NCBI GenBank assembly: GCA_016716625.1
Contig: JADJVJ010000005.1
Coordinates: forward strand, 4,237-68,236
Direction of reading: 5' to 3'
From: Nostocoides sp.
GTDB lineage: Bacteria > Actinomycetota > Actinomycetes > Actinomycetales > Dermatophilaceae
DNA: 64,000 bases
Both the position numbers and the translations under genes were made by a program. Positions 7,446-17,494 of the stretch are shown piece by piece. The notes under the pieces were generated by a model, which was not told the DNA's origin, made no database searches, and was given only the letters and a program-made list of their open reading frames with translations. Each line of letters starts with the position of its first letter. Position 1 is the stretch's first letter.

Positions 7446-10264
7446 CGCTCATCGTCGAGCCCGACTACGGAACCCCGGCCGTGCGCGGTGGCGCCGACGC
7501 CCGGGTGACCATCGACGGCCGCGAGATCACGGTGCCCGCGGGTACCTCGGTGCTGCGCGCCGCCAAGGAGGCCGGGATCGACATCCCGAAACTCTGCGCG
7601 ACCGACTCGCTCAAGGCGTTCGGGTCCTGCCGCCTGTGCCTGGTCGAGGTCGAGGGCGCCCGCGGCACCCCCGCCTCCTGCACCACCCCGTGCGCCGACG
7701 GCATGGTGGTCTCGACCCAGTCCGAGCAGGTGGTCGAGGTGCGCCGCGGGGTCATGGAGCTCTATCTCAGCGACCACCCCACCTCCTGCGCCGGCTGCGC
7801 CCGAGGGAACTGCGAGATGCAGGACCTGGCGCATCAGGTCGGGGTCGACACCGTCCGCTACGGGTTGGGCGGGGTGAGCCACCTCGCCGAGCCGGCCGAC
7901 ACGACCAATCCCTACTTCGCCTACGAGCCCTCCGCATGCATCGTCTGCTCCCGGTGCGTGCGCGCCTGCGGGGAGATTCAGGGCACCTTCGCGCTCACCG
8001 TCCAGGGCCGCGGGTTCGACTCCCGGATCACCCCTGGCGGCACCGACTTCCTGTCCTCGGAGTGCGTCTCCTGCGGCGCCTGTGTCCAGGCCTGCCCGAC
8101 CGATGCCCTCACCGAGAAGTCCGTCATCGACCTCGGTATGCCGTCCCGCTCGGTGCTCACCACCTGCGCGTACTGCGGGGTCGGGTGCTCGTTCAAGGCC
8201 GAGGTCAGGGGTTCGGGCAGCGAAAGCCGCGTTGTGCGGATGATGCCGTGGAAGGACGGCGGGGCCAACGAGGGCCACTCGTGTGTCAAGGGCCGCTTCG
8301 CCTACGGCTATGCCTCACACCGGGACCGCCAACTGCACCCGATGGTCCGCGACACCATCGGCGAGGAATGGCGGGTGGTGTCCTGGGACGAGGCAATCCG
8401 CAGGGTCGCCGAGGGATTCCGCAGCCTGCAAGGCCGCTTCGGCGCCGGGGCCATCGGCGCGATCTCCTCCTCACGATGCACGAACGAAGAGGTCTACGTC
8501 GTCCAGAAGATGGTCCGCGCGGCCTTCGGCAACAACAACGTCGACACCTGCGCCCGGGTCTGCCACTCCCCCACCGGGTTCGGTCTTGGGCAGGCATTCG
8601 GCACCTCCGCCGGCACCCAGGACTTCGCCTCGGTCGATGACTGCGACGTCATCCTCCTCGTCGGCGCCAACCCCACCGACGCGCACCCCGTCTTCGCCTC
8701 CCGGATGAAACGCCGCTTGCGCGAAGGCGCCCGGATCATCGTCGCGGACCCACGCCGCATCGACCTCGTGCGGTCTCCGCACGTCGAAGCTGCGCACCAC
8801 TTGCCCGTGCGGCCCGGTACCAATGTCGCGTTCGTCAACGCAATGGCGCACGTCATCGTCACCGAGGGCCTGCATGACGTGGACTTCCTGCGGGAACGTT
8901 GCGAGGACGCCAGCGACTACCTCACCTTCATCGCCGGGGCCGAACACTCCCCCGAAGCGACCGCGGACGTCACCGGCATACCCGCCGAGGAGTTGCGGGC
9001 CGCGGCCCGGCTCTACGCCACCGGAGGCAACGCCGGCATCTACTACGGCCTCGGTGTCACCGAGCACAGCCAGGGCTCGACCATGGTTATGGGCCTGGCG
9101 AACCTGGCCATGCTCACCGGGAACCTCGGCCGCGAAGGCGTCGGGGTCAACCCGCTGCGCGGCCAGAACAACGTCCAGGGTTCGTGCGACATGGGATCCT
9201 TCCCGCACGAACTGCCCGGGTACCGGCACGTCTCCCGGGAGGACGTGCGGGCCATCTATGACGACCTCTGGGGGGTGCGGATCTCGCCGCACCCCGGGCT
9301 GCGGATCCCCAACATGTTCGACTCCGCTGTGGGCGGCACCTTCAAGGGCCTCTTCGTCCAGGGCGAGGACATTGCCCAGTCCGACCCGAACACCGCCCAT
9401 GTCGAGTCGGCGCTGAAGTCCATGGAACTCGTCGTCGTTCAGGATCTCTTCCTCAACGAGACCGCACGATTCGCGCACGTCTTCCTGCCGGGCACGAGCT
9501 TCCTGGAGAAGGACGGCACGTTCACCAACGCCGAGCGCCGGATCAACCGGGTTCGTCCGGTGATGCCGAGCCCGACCGGTAAGGACGAGTGGGAGATCGT
9601 CTGTGACATCGCGACGGCCATGGGCTACCCGATGTCCTATGCGCAGCCCAGCGAGATCATGGCCGAGATCGCCTCCACGACACCGACGTTCGCGGGTGTG
9701 AGCTTCGAGCGGCTGGACGCCGAAGGGTCCATGCAGTGGCCGGTCAACGACGCCGCGCCGCACGGCACGCCGACCATGCACATCGGGCAGTTCGTCCGCG
9801 GCCTGGGTCATCTCGCCACGACCCACTACGTCCCGACGACCGAGGTCACCGGGCACCGTTACCCGTTGGTCCTCACCACCGGGCGCATCCTCAGCCAGTA
9901 CAACGTCGGCGCGCAGACCCGCCGCACCGCAAACTCGACCTGGCACCCGCAGGACATCCTGGAGATCCACCCCGCGGACGCCGAACCGCGCGGAATTTCC
10001 TCCGGCGACGTCGTCGAGCTGACCAGCCGGGTCGGGTCGACGCATCTCACCGCCGAGGTGTCCGAGCGGATGCCGCCTGGTGTGGTCTACACGACCTTCC
10101 ACCACCCGGTCACCGGCGCGAATGTGGTCACCACGGAGAACTCCGACTGGGCGACGAACTGCCCCGAGTACAAGGTGACCGCAGTCCAGGTGACCGTGGT
10201 CACCGAGACCGTCCGGGCGGCCTATGAGGAGTCCGTGGCAACCGCAACCGGGAGCGTGCGGTGA
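7442..10264 (+). CDS. fdsA: formate dehydrogenase alpha subunit (molybdopterin, Cys-type)
   Basis: Internal ATG at 7442 (ATGA overlap with fdsB) gives MTLIVEPDYG...VTIDGREITVPAGTSVLRAAKEAGIDIPKLCATDSLKAFGSCRLCLVEVEG. It has Fe-S Cys clusters and GHSCVKGRFAYGY. No in-frame TGA, so it is not a selenoprotein. Confidence 0.92.
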   Translation: MTLIVEPDYGTPAVRGGADARVTIDGREITVPAGTSVLRAAKEAGIDIPKLCATDSLKAFGSCRLCLVEVEGARGTPASCTTPCADGMVVSTQSEQVVEVRRGVMELYLSDHPTSCAGCARGNCEMQDLAHQVGVDTVRYGLGGVSHLAEPADTTNPYFAYEPSACIVCSRCVRACGEIQGTFALTVQGRGFDSRITPGGTDFLSSECVSCGACVQACPTDALTEKSVIDLGMPSRSVLTTCAYCGVGCSFKAEVRGSGSESRVVRMMPWKDGGANEGHSCVKGRFAYGYASHRDRQLHPMVRDTIGEEWRVVSWDEAIRRVAEGFRSLQGRFGAGAIGAISSSRCTNEEVYVVQKMVRAAFGNNNVDTCARVCHSPTGFGLGQAFGTSAGTQDFASVDDCDVILLVGANPTDAHPVFASRMKRRLREGARIIVADPRRIDLVRSPHVEAAHHLPVRPGTNVAFVNAMAHVIVTEGLHDVDFLRERCEDASDYLTFIAGAEHSPEATADVTGIPAEELRAAARLYATGGNAGIYYGLGVTEHSQGSTMVMGLANLAMLTGNLGREGVGVNPLRGQNNVQGSCDMGSFPHELPGYRHVSREDVRAIYDDLWGVRISPHPGLRIPNMFDSAVGGTFKGLFVQGEDIAQSDPNTAHVESALKSMELVVVQDLFLNETARFAHVFLPGTSFLEKDGTFTNAERRINRVRPVMPSPTGKDEWEIVCDIATAMGYPMSYAQPSEIMAEIASTTPTFAGVSFERLDAEGSMQWPVNDAAPHGTPTMHIGQFVRGLGHLATTHYVPTTEVTGHRYPLVLTTGRILSQYNVGAQTRRTANSTWHPQDILEIHPADAEPRGISSGDVVELTSRVGSTHLTAEVSERMPPGVVYTTFHHPVTGANVVTTENSDWATNCPEYKVTAVQVTVVTETVRAAYEESVATATGSVR

Positions 10265-10512
10265 GCGGGGAGTCGGCGGTCATCCGGCTGGGGCACGACC
10301 TCGTGCGCAACTTCCAGATGCTGCCCCGCGAGCAGGCCGCGACCGAGATCGCCACGCACATCGCGAAGTTCTGGGAGCCGCGGATGCGTCATGAGCTCAT
10401 GGCGCACGTCCGGCTCGGGGACATGGCCATGCATCCGCTTCTCGTCGCCGCGGCGGAGCACTTCGTCGATCACGAGATCAACCGGGGCGACCTGCGTGAG
10501 GCCTCTGGCTGA
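10261..10512 (+). CDS. fdsD: formate dehydrogenase delta subunit (FdsD-like)
   Basis: 83 aa with a GTGA overlap with fdsA: IRLGHDLVRNFQMLPREQAATEIATHIAKFWEPRMRHEL, typical of FdsD. Confidence 0.7.
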   Translation: MSGESAVIRLGHDLVRNFQMLPREQAATEIATHIAKFWEPRMRHELMAHVRLGDMAMHPLLVAAAEHFVDHEINRGDLREASG

Positions 10513-10643
10513 GCGATCCGGGGAGACCACGGATCGTCGCCTACGGGTCACCTCAACGTCGCCTGGTGTATGCGGTGCGCCGACACAGTGGTGTTCACCC
10601 TGTGCGCCCGCGTAGGGAAGAGCCTGACGACGGAGGACCCACC

Positions 10644-12113
10644 ATGCCCCTTGAGCGACGACGCGTCCTAACCGGTGGAGCTGCGGCCGCCGGACTCGCG
10701 GCCATAAGCACCGCGACGGCCACGACAGCATTCGCCTCCGGCCGACCGGCCACAGCCACAGCCACGGCCACCGACCCGAGCCGCGCACCGCGCCGGCTCT
10801 TCGGGCCGCTCATGCCCGCCGGCGAGCACCTGCACCTCCCGGCCGACTTCTCCTACCAGATCATTGCGGAGGCGGGCGTCACCGAACTGCTCGACCCCAG
10901 CGGCACGGTCATCGGCACGAGCCCCACGACTCCTGACGGCCTGGGGGTCTTCCGCGCCGGGAACCGCCTGCGCCTGGTCCTCAACCACGAGCTGCGCGGC
11001 GGCGAACCCCTCTCGGTGCCGCACTCGAAGGGCACGGTCTATGACCCGGGCGTGCTCGGTGGTGGGTGCACGGTTCTCGAGGTCACCTCCGATGGGCGCC
11101 GACTCTCGCAGTGGGTCGGGCTGTCCGGCACGGTGCGGAACTGTGCCGGCGGCGTCACGCCCTGGGGAACCTGGCTCTCCTGCGAGGAGAGCGAGGACCG
11201 CGCCGGCACCGTGGGCGATGACGGGGTCGCCTACGAGAAGGACCACGGTTTCGTTTTCGAGGTTGCGCCGGCCGCACCTGGGGCCGTGGCTCCGCGGCCG
11301 ATCCGGGCTTTTGGCCGGGCCCCCTTCGAGGCCGCCGTGGTGACCCCGAGCCGCCGCGAGGTGTACCTCACCGAGGATGCCACCGACGGTCTGCTCTACC
11401 GCTGGCTGGCTCCCGAGGGCCTTCGCCTCGGCCCCGAGGTTGCCGGGAACCTGCGCCCCTCCGCCGGTGTGCTCGAGGCCATGGGCGTGCTGACCGATGA
11501 CGGGGAGGTCCTACCGCACCTCGCGTGCATCACCTCGGCACAGATCGGCAGGCCGCTGCGCACTCGCTGGACCCGGGTCGAGGACCGCACCGCGGCGGCC
11601 ACCTCGATGCGCTACCAGTTCCCCGCCGAGGGTGTGGTCACCCGTCACCCCAAGATCGAGGGTGCCTGGTCGGACGGTTCCGGCATCTGGTTCGCTGCCT
11701 CCTACACCAAGGACCCGCTGCCCTGGAGTGCACCGCGCAACCGCGGGATGATCTTCCGCTACGACCTGCGGACCTCGACCCTGACGCTCAAGGCCTATTT
11801 CCCGTGGCTTGACGTCATGCCAGGGCTGGACGCCCCGGCGTGGGCACGGGACCACTACTTCGATGGCCCGGACAACGTCCACGTGACGCCATATGGCGGG
11901 CTCATCATCACCGAGGACGGCTCCGGCGCCAACCACGTTCTCTCCTGGACCGAGGAGCTCGGCGCCCAGGCGGTCGCCTTGAATGCGATCGATGACGAGG
12001 AGTTCTCCGGACCCTGCTTCTCGCCGGACGGCAAGACGCTTTTCGTCAGTACCCAGACCGAACCTGGTCGTACCTTTGCCATCACCGGCCCGTGGAAGCG
12101 TTACCTGGGCTGA
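10644..12113 (+). CDS. phoX: PhoX-type (DUF839) secreted phosphatase with a Tat signal
   Basis: ATG 10644 behind GGAGGA. MPLERRRVLTGGAAAAGLAA is a twin-arginine signal. NCAGGVTPWGTWLSCEE and DGPDNV...ITEDG are beta-propeller PhoX motifs. Confidence 0.8.
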   Translation: MPLERRRVLTGGAAAAGLAAISTATATTAFASGRPATATATATDPSRAPRRLFGPLMPAGEHLHLPADFSYQIIAEAGVTELLDPSGTVIGTSPTTPDGLGVFRAGNRLRLVLNHELRGGEPLSVPHSKGTVYDPGVLGGGCTVLEVTSDGRRLSQWVGLSGTVRNCAGGVTPWGTWLSCEESEDRAGTVGDDGVAYEKDHGFVFEVAPAAPGAVAPRPIRAFGRAPFEAAVVTPSRREVYLTEDATDGLLYRWLAPEGLRLGPEVAGNLRPSAGVLEAMGVLTDDGEVLPHLACITSAQIGRPLRTRWTRVEDRTAAATSMRYQFPAEGVVTRHPKIEGAWSDGSGIWFAASYTKDPLPWSAPRNRGMIFRYDLRTSTLTLKAYFPWLDVMPGLDAPAWARDHYFDGPDNVHVTPYGGLIITEDGSGANHVLSWTEELGAQAVALNAIDDEEFSGPCFSPDGKTLFVSTQTEPGRTFAITGPWKRYLG

Positions 12114-12135
12114 CCGACCGCGTCGGCCGTCCGGT

Positions 12136-12180
12136 CGCGAGACCGCTCTGAGTCCCTCATGGGCTCAGGGCGGTCTCGCG
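12136..12180. terminator. 17 bp-stem hairpin between convergent phoX and the decarboxylase gene
   Basis: CGCGAGACCGCTCTGAG (12136-12152) pairs with CTCAGGGCGGTCTCGCG (12164-12180) with one mismatch. The loop contains the decarboxylase stop codon (12157-12159). Confidence 0.5.
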
Positions 12181-13575
12181 CAACAACGCCCAGAGTGCCT
12201 CCACATCGGCGCGCTCAGTGGCCTCGGCGCCGATGGAAACCCGCACCATCCAGCGACCGTCGAGCACGCTCGGTGAGACGAACGCCTTCCCGCTGGCGTT
12301 GACCGCATCCGCCCAGGCGAGCGTATGCCGGTCGAGTTCCGCCCCGGTCAGCCCCTCCGGCTCGTGCCGCAGACAGACCGTCTGCAGTTGCACCGGGGCG
12401 AGCACGCGCCAACCCGGTTCCGCGGCAACGGCTTCCGCGAGCCAGGCGGCGTGGGCAAGGTCCCGGCGCAGTCGCTGTCGGATGGCCTGCACCCCGTCGA
12501 GGTGGAGGTGGAACCACAGCTTGAGCGCCCGGAAGCGGCGGCCCAGCGGGATACCCCAGTCCTTGAACTGCACGACGTCATCGTCGGCCTGCGAGCGCAG
12601 GTACGGCGGGGTTGTCGACATGCACGCCACGAGATGGTCCACGTCGCGGACGTAGAGCAGCGAGCAGTCGAGGATCGTGCCCATCCACTTGTGCGGGTTC
12701 CAGACCAGGGAGTCGGCGAGTTCGACCCCGTCGAAGAGGTGGCGGCATTCCGGCAGGAGCATCGCCGAGCCGGCCATCGCCGCGTCCACATGCACCCATG
12801 CGCCGAACTCGGCGGCGACGACGCACATCTCGCGCACTGGGTCCATGGCGGTCGTCCCGGTCGTGCCGATCGCCGCCACGACCGCTGCGGGGACCCGGCC
12901 TGCGGCGAGATCCGCCGCCATGGCCGCGCGCAATGACTCCGGGCGGAGCGCATAGGTCACCGGGTCGACCTCGACGTGTCTGAGGTTGTCCCGGCCGAAA
13001 CCGGCCAAGAGCACTGCCTTCTCCACCGAGGAGTGGCAGTGCGCCGAGGAGTAGACGACCAGGGGCGCCGGACACGCCTGCAGGCCCCCGCCGTCAATGC
13101 TCATCCCGCTGGCCCGCTCCCTCGCCGCGAGCAGCGCCACGAGGGTGCCCGTCGAGGCGGTGTCCTGGATGGCGCCACGCCAGGCATCGGAAAGTCCACA
13201 CAGCTCCCGGAGCCACTCGGTGACCACCTGCTCGACCTCGGTGAGCGCGGGGGCCGACTGCCACGTGATCCCCAGTGCCGCAACGCCACTGGAGACGTGG
13301 TCGCCGAGCACTGAGGCGAGCGCGGCATTGCTCGGGAACCAGCCGTAGAACCCCGGGGACTGGGTCTGGGTGATCCCGGGCACGACGGCCTCGTTGAGCA
13401 TCGTGACGAGTTCGGCGAGCGGCTGCGGCTCCGCGGGGGCGTGCGCGGGCATTCGCGAACGCACCTGCCCCGGCCGCAGAACCGATTGCACGGGACGGTC
13501 GGCGACCCCGAGTCGGTAGTCGGCCACCCAGTCCACGAGTTCATGGGCGGCGGCGCGGAACTCCTCGGGCGTCAT
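12157..13575 (-). CDS. pyridoxal-phosphate-dependent (group II, aromatic-L-amino-acid type) decarboxylase
   Basis: 472 aa containing QSPGFYGWFPSNAALASVLGD and SLVWNPHKWMGT (PLP-lysine motif). Confidence 0.88.
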   Translation of the reverse strand: MTPEEFRAAAHELVDWVADYRLGVADRPVQSVLRPGQVRSRMPAHAPAEPQPLAELVTMLNEAVVPGITQTQSPGFYGWFPSNAALASVLGDHVSSGVAALGITWQSAPALTEVEQVVTEWLRELCGLSDAWRGAIQDTASTGTLVALLAARERASGMSIDGGGLQACPAPLVVYSSAHCHSSVEKAVLLAGFGRDNLRHVEVDPVTYALRPESLRAAMAADLAAGRVPAAVVAAIGTTGTTAMDPVREMCVVAAEFGAWVHVDAAMAGSAMLLPECRHLFDGVELADSLVWNPHKWMGTILDCSLLYVRDVDHLVACMSTTPPYLRSQADDDVVQFKDWGIPLGRRFRALKLWFHLHLDGVQAIRQRLRRDLAHAAWLAEAVAAEPGWRVLAPVQLQTVCLRHEPEGLTGAELDRHTLAWADAVNASGKAFVSPSVLDGRWMVRVSIGAEATERADVEALWALLRETALSP

Positions 13576-13603
13576 GCGCTCACTCTAGGAGCGGAACGGC
13601 CTT

Positions 13604-13635
13604 GACAACATACAACCATTTAGTTGTATGTTGTC
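13604..13635. promoter_or_regulatory. perfect 13-6-13 inverted repeat GACAACATACAAC-cattta-GTTGTATGTTGTC, a candidate ArsR-family operator overlapping a TTGACA -35 element
   Basis: Read directly from the sequence. It is the most AT-rich spot in the divergent decarboxylase/ArsR intergenic region and overlaps the 5' end of the ArsR gene. Confidence 0.6.
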
Positions 13636-13647
13636 GCCGTGACAGTG

Positions 13648-13968
13648 ATGACCGAGGAGCAGGCGGACGCCGTGTTCCGTGCCCTCGCGGATCGCACGCG
13701 CCGAGACATCTTGCGCCGCGTGCTCGCCGGAGAACACTCCGTGAGCGCCCTGGCCGCCGGCTATCCCATGAGTTTCGCCGCCGTCCAGAAGCACGTCGCC
13801 GTTCTCGAACGGTCAGGACTGCTCACCAAGCGGCGCCACGGCCGCGAGCAGTTGGCCAGCGGGGACGTCGAGGCGGTCCGATCCGTCGCCTCGATGCTGG
13901 ATGAGCTGGAGGCCGTGTGGCTCGGCCGGATCGCCCGAATCGACGCCCTACTCGACAAGGAGTTGTGA
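13648..13968 (+). CDS. ArsR/SmtB-family transcriptional regulator
   Basis: MTEEQADAVFRALADRTRRDILRRVLAGEHSVSALAAGYPMSFAAVQKHVAVLERSGLL is an ArsR helix-turn-helix. GTG at 13639 or 13645 are alternative starts. The track's start at 13624 lies inside the palindrome. Confidence 0.8.
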   Translation: MTEEQADAVFRALADRTRRDILRRVLAGEHSVSALAAGYPMSFAAVQKHVAVLERSGLLTKRRHGREQLASGDVEAVRSVASMLDELEAVWLGRIARIDALLDKEL

Positions 13969-13969
13969 G

Positions 13970-14464
13970 ATGCCCGTCATCGACATCACCAAAGATCCCG
14001 ACGCCCGGACTCTGACCATCACGGCGCACTTCGCCGCCCCGGTCGAGCGGGTGTGGCGGATCTACGAGGACCCCCGCCAACTCGAGCAGGTCTGGGGGCC
14101 ACCGCAGTATCCGGCGACCTTCGTCGCCCACGAGTTGCGCCCAGGCACTCGCACCACGTATTACATGACCTCCCCAGAGGGGGAGCGGTTCGCCGGATAC
14201 TGGGAGATCACCGGGGTGGAGCCCACCACACGCTTCACCTTCCGGGATGGCTTCGCGCACGCCGACCTCACCCCGAACGACGCGCTCCCGGTCTCCGACA
14301 ACGTGTACACCTTCGCGTCCGCCGACCAGGGAACGCGAGCGGTCTTCACGAGCACCTACGCCACCGCCGAGGCCCTCCAGGCCGTCCTGGACATGGGCAT
14401 GGAGGAGGGTTCCCGGGCGGCGATCGACCAGGTCGATGGTTTCCTCGACACGCATCCCGAGTAA
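13970..14464 (+). CDS. SRPBCC/AHSA1-domain protein (Aha1-like), a common ArsR partner
   Basis: Internal ATG at 13970 gives MPVIDITKDPDARTLTITAHFAAPVERVWRIYEDPRQLEQVWGPP. It starts 2 nt after the ArsR stop. Confidence 0.75.
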   Translation: MPVIDITKDPDARTLTITAHFAAPVERVWRIYEDPRQLEQVWGPPQYPATFVAHELRPGTRTTYYMTSPEGERFAGYWEITGVEPTTRFTFRDGFAHADLTPNDALPVSDNVYTFASADQGTRAVFTSTYATAEALQAVLDMGMEEGSRAAIDQVDGFLDTHPE

Positions 14465-14473
14465 GGCCGGTCG

Positions 14474-16009
14474 TCAGCCGGCAGTGTGCACCACCCGACC
14501 GTCCACGAGGGTGGCCGCGACCGGCATCGCCCGCAGGTATGCCGCGTGCTGCGCGGGCTCCCCACGCGGGCCAGCGAGCGGGTCGGCGTCGAGCAGGACC
14601 ACGTCGGCGCGCGAGCCGACCTCCATCGTCCCCTGCCCGTCGGTGCTCGCGGCGAGCGCTTCCTCGACGGTCAGCGCCTGCTCCGGATGCCACGCCTCGC
14701 GGTCGTCCATCGAGCGGTGCACCGCACAGGCGATCGCCAACCAGGGGTCGAGCGGGCTCACCGGCGCGTCCGAGCCCAGAGCGAGCTGCACCCCGGCGTC
14801 GACCATCGCGCGGAAGGCGTAGAGCCGCTCGCTGCGATCGCCCCACCAGCGCTCCGCGACGTCCCGGTCATCCGGAGCGTGCGCGGGCTGGACGCTCGCG
14901 ACGACCCCGAGCCGCGCCAGCCGCGGGATATCCGCCCAGCGAACGAGCTGGGCGTGTTCCATGGTCCCGGTCTGACCAGTGACCTCGAAGGCATCCAGCG
15001 TCGTGCTCACCGCGCGGTCGCCGATCGCATGGATGGCGGCGCTGAGCCCGATCTCGCGGGCCCGGGTCATCAGTGCCACGAGCTCGTCGAACCCGTGGTT
15101 GGGTCGGCCGCAGGGGTGTTCCAGCCGCTCGGACTCCAGGTAGGGGGAGCAGCACCAGGCGGTGAGCGTGTTGAGACTGCCGTCACCGATGACCTTCAGC
15201 GGCCCCATCGTCACCAGTGGGTGTCCCGGCACCACGGGGTCACCGGTCCGCAGCCCGAGGTCGGCCACCTCCTCGAGGTGGTCGGCATAGGTCGCGGCGC
15301 GGACCCGCATGGTCCTCAGGCCGCGACCGACCCGCTCGGGCCAGATGCGGAAGGCGGACCCGAACTCGAGGTCCACCAGTCCGACGACACCCCGCGCGTG
15401 CGCGTCGGCCAGCACGTCCCGGAGTGCCGGCAGCGGGTCACGGGCATCGGGGTCCAGCGCCTCCAGCCGCGGCGCGACGGCATACCACTCGTTCTCGGCG
15501 AGGACGCCCTCGCGGGCCGGTAGCCCCAGCCGGGAGAGGGCCGCGCTGTTGAGCCAGGCGTGATGTCCGTCCCCCGAGGTCAGGGCGACCGGCCGCGCCC
15601 CGGTAGCCCGATCGAGCAGCGCCACGCTGGCCGACTCCGCCCAGCCGCCGGAGCGGTAGCCGAACCCGAGGACGAGCCCGTCGCCGTCCGGTATGCCGTC
15701 CAGGTGCTCCCGCACCCGACGCACGGTCTCGAGGGCGTCGGCCGATCCGGACAGGTCGATTCGGCGGCGGGCCAGAGCCCACATCACTGGGTGGGTGTGC
15801 TGGTCCCAGAGCCCGGGAATGGCCCACCGGCCTTCCCCGTCGACGACCTCGTCGGCGCCGGTCGCGTCCAGGCGGTGCCCGACCTCGGTGATCCGACCAC
15901 CGACGAGCCGCAGGTCCACGACGCCCTCGGCCTCGCCCGGGAGCCGTCCTGGCCGCGGGGACCCACCCACCGGGACCCGGCGCACCGCTCGCACCACGGT
16001 GTGGGACAT
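14474..16009 (-). CDS. amidohydrolase-family metal-dependent hydrolase (amidohydrolase_3 type)
   Basis: 511 aa with GLWDQHTHP near the N-terminus and AIHAIGDRA, GSDAPV motifs. Confidence 0.8.
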   Translation of the reverse strand: MSHTVVRAVRRVPVGGSPRPGRLPGEAEGVVDLRLVGGRITEVGHRLDATGADEVVDGEGRWAIPGLWDQHTHPVMWALARRRIDLSGSADALETVRRVREHLDGIPDGDGLVLGFGYRSGGWAESASVALLDRATGARPVALTSGDGHHAWLNSAALSRLGLPAREGVLAENEWYAVAPRLEALDPDARDPLPALRDVLADAHARGVVGLVDLEFGSAFRIWPERVGRGLRTMRVRAATYADHLEEVADLGLRTGDPVVPGHPLVTMGPLKVIGDGSLNTLTAWCCSPYLESERLEHPCGRPNHGFDELVALMTRAREIGLSAAIHAIGDRAVSTTLDAFEVTGQTGTMEHAQLVRWADIPRLARLGVVASVQPAHAPDDRDVAERWWGDRSERLYAFRAMVDAGVQLALGSDAPVSPLDPWLAIACAVHRSMDDREAWHPEQALTVEEALAASTDGQGTMEVGSRADVVLLDADPLAGPRGEPAQHAAYLRAMPVAATLVDGRVVHTAG

Positions 16010-16022
16010 CGCGAACGACAGG

Positions 16023-17420
16023 TCAGAGGTTGATCATGTGGCCGACGATGCCCTCGACGGCCTCCTTGACGCCCTCGGAGAGCGTCGGGTGGGCGAAGAC
16101 ATTCCGGGCCACCTCGTCCGCGGTGAGATCCCACTTCTGCGCGAGCGTGAGGACGGGGAGCAGCTCGGTGACATCCGGGCCGATCATGTGCGCCCCGAGG
16201 ATCTCGTTATGGGTGGCGTCGGCGACGATCTTGACGAAACCGGAGGCGTCGCCAAGCCCCTGAGCCTTCCCGTTCGCGGCGAACGGGAAAGTCGCGCACT
16301 TGACGTCGTACCCCTTGTCGCGGGCCTGGGCCTCGGAGTATCCGAAGGAGCCGATCTGGGGGTGGCAGTAGGTGGCTCGCGGGATGAAGTCGTAGTCGAT
16401 CGGCATCGTCTCGGCTCCGGCGATGGTCTCGGCGGCGACGATGCCCTGGGCTTCGGCCACGTGCGCGAGCATCATCTTGGCGGTGCAGTCGCCGATGGCG
16501 TAGACGCCGGGAACGTTGGTCCGCATGAAGTCGTCGATGGCGACCGCGCCGCGGTCGGTGAGGACCACCCCGGCCGCCTCCAGGCCGTAGCCCTCGGTGC
16601 GCGGGGCGAAGCCGATGGCCGAAAGCAGCTTGTCGGCTTCGAGGACCTGCTGCTCTCCACCGGCCGCCGGGGAGACGGTCACCCGAACACCGCTGCCGGT
16701 GTCTTCCACCGCCTCGACCTTGGTGCCGAGCATGACCTTGACGCCGAGTTTCTTGTAGTGCCGGGCGAGTTCCTTGGACACATCGGCGTCCTCGGTGGGC
16801 ACCATCCGGTCGAGGAACTCGACGATGGTCACCTCCACGCCGAAGTTCTTCATGACATACGCGAACTCGACGCCGATGGCCCCGGAGCCGGCGATGATGA
16901 TCGAGCCGGGGAGCTCGTCGGTGAGGATCTGCTCCTCGTAAGTGACGACGTTCTGGCTCACCTGGACCCCGGGCAGCATCCGGGTCACCGCCCCGGTGGC
17001 GATGATGAGGTTGTCGAAGGTGAGTTCGCGCGTGGAGCCGTCGTTCATCGCCACGGACATGCTTGTGGCACTGGTGAGGGTGCCCCAGCCGTCGATCTCT
17101 TCGATCTTGTTCTTCTTCATCAGGAAGTGGACGCCCTTGACGATGCCGGCCGAGACCTGGCGCGAGCGCGCGTGCGTCGGGCCGTAGGACATCCGAGCGT
17201 CACCCTCGATGCCGTATTTGGCCTTGTCGTGGGTCAGCAGGTGGGCGAGTTCGGCGTTCTTGATGAGGGCCTTGCTCGGGATGCAGCCGACGTTGAGACA
17301 GACCCCGCCCCAGTACTTCTTCTCGACCACGGCGGCCTTGAGTCCGAGTTGGGAGGCGCGGATCGCCGCGACATATCCACCAGGTCCAGCACCGAGCACC
17401 ACGACATCGAAATCAGCCAT
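16023..17420 (-). CDS. lpdA: dihydrolipoyl dehydrogenase (E3)
   Basis: [53 protein letters not shown] contains the redox-active CxxxxC, followed by a C-terminal dimerisation domain. Confidence 0.93.
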   Translation of the reverse strand: MADFDVVVLGAGPGGYVAAIRASQLGLKAAVVEKKYWGGVCLNVGCIPSKALIKNAELAHLLTHDKAKYGIEGDARMSYGPTHARSRQVSAGIVKGVHFLMKKNKIEEIDGWGTLTSATSMSVAMNDGSTRELTFDNLIIATGAVTRMLPGVQVSQNVVTYEEQILTDELPGSIIIAGSGAIGVEFAYVMKNFGVEVTIVEFLDRMVPTEDADVSKELARHYKKLGVKVMLGTKVEAVEDTGSGVRVTVSPAAGGEQQVLEADKLLSAIGFAPRTEGYGLEAAGVVLTDRGAVAIDDFMRTNVPGVYAIGDCTAKMMLAHVAEAQGIVAAETIAGAETMPIDYDFIPRATYCHPQIGSFGYSEAQARDKGYDVKCATFPFAANGKAQGLGDASGFVKIVADATHNEILGAHMIGPDVTELLPVLTLAQKWDLTADEVARNVFAHPTLSEGVKEAVEGIVGHMINL

Positions 17421-17494
17421 GCCCCAAGCCTATCGGGGCGAAGCGAGGGTGCGTATGCCGTGCCGTCGGCCGGGTCGACGGCTGCTGCGCGCGC

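Noticed and set aside
10545-10600. PHO-box-like heptamers GGTCACC (10546) and GTTCACC (10593) upstream of phoX.
   Set aside because: They are 47 bp apart rather than tandem 11 bp units, and each matches the actinobacterial PHO-box consensus only partly. That is too weak to call.
17458-17480. The hairpin GCCGTCG-N7-CGACGGC between ndk and lpdA as the ndk terminator.
   Set aside because: It has only a 7 bp stem and no U-tract. It is not distinguishable from chance in this GC background.
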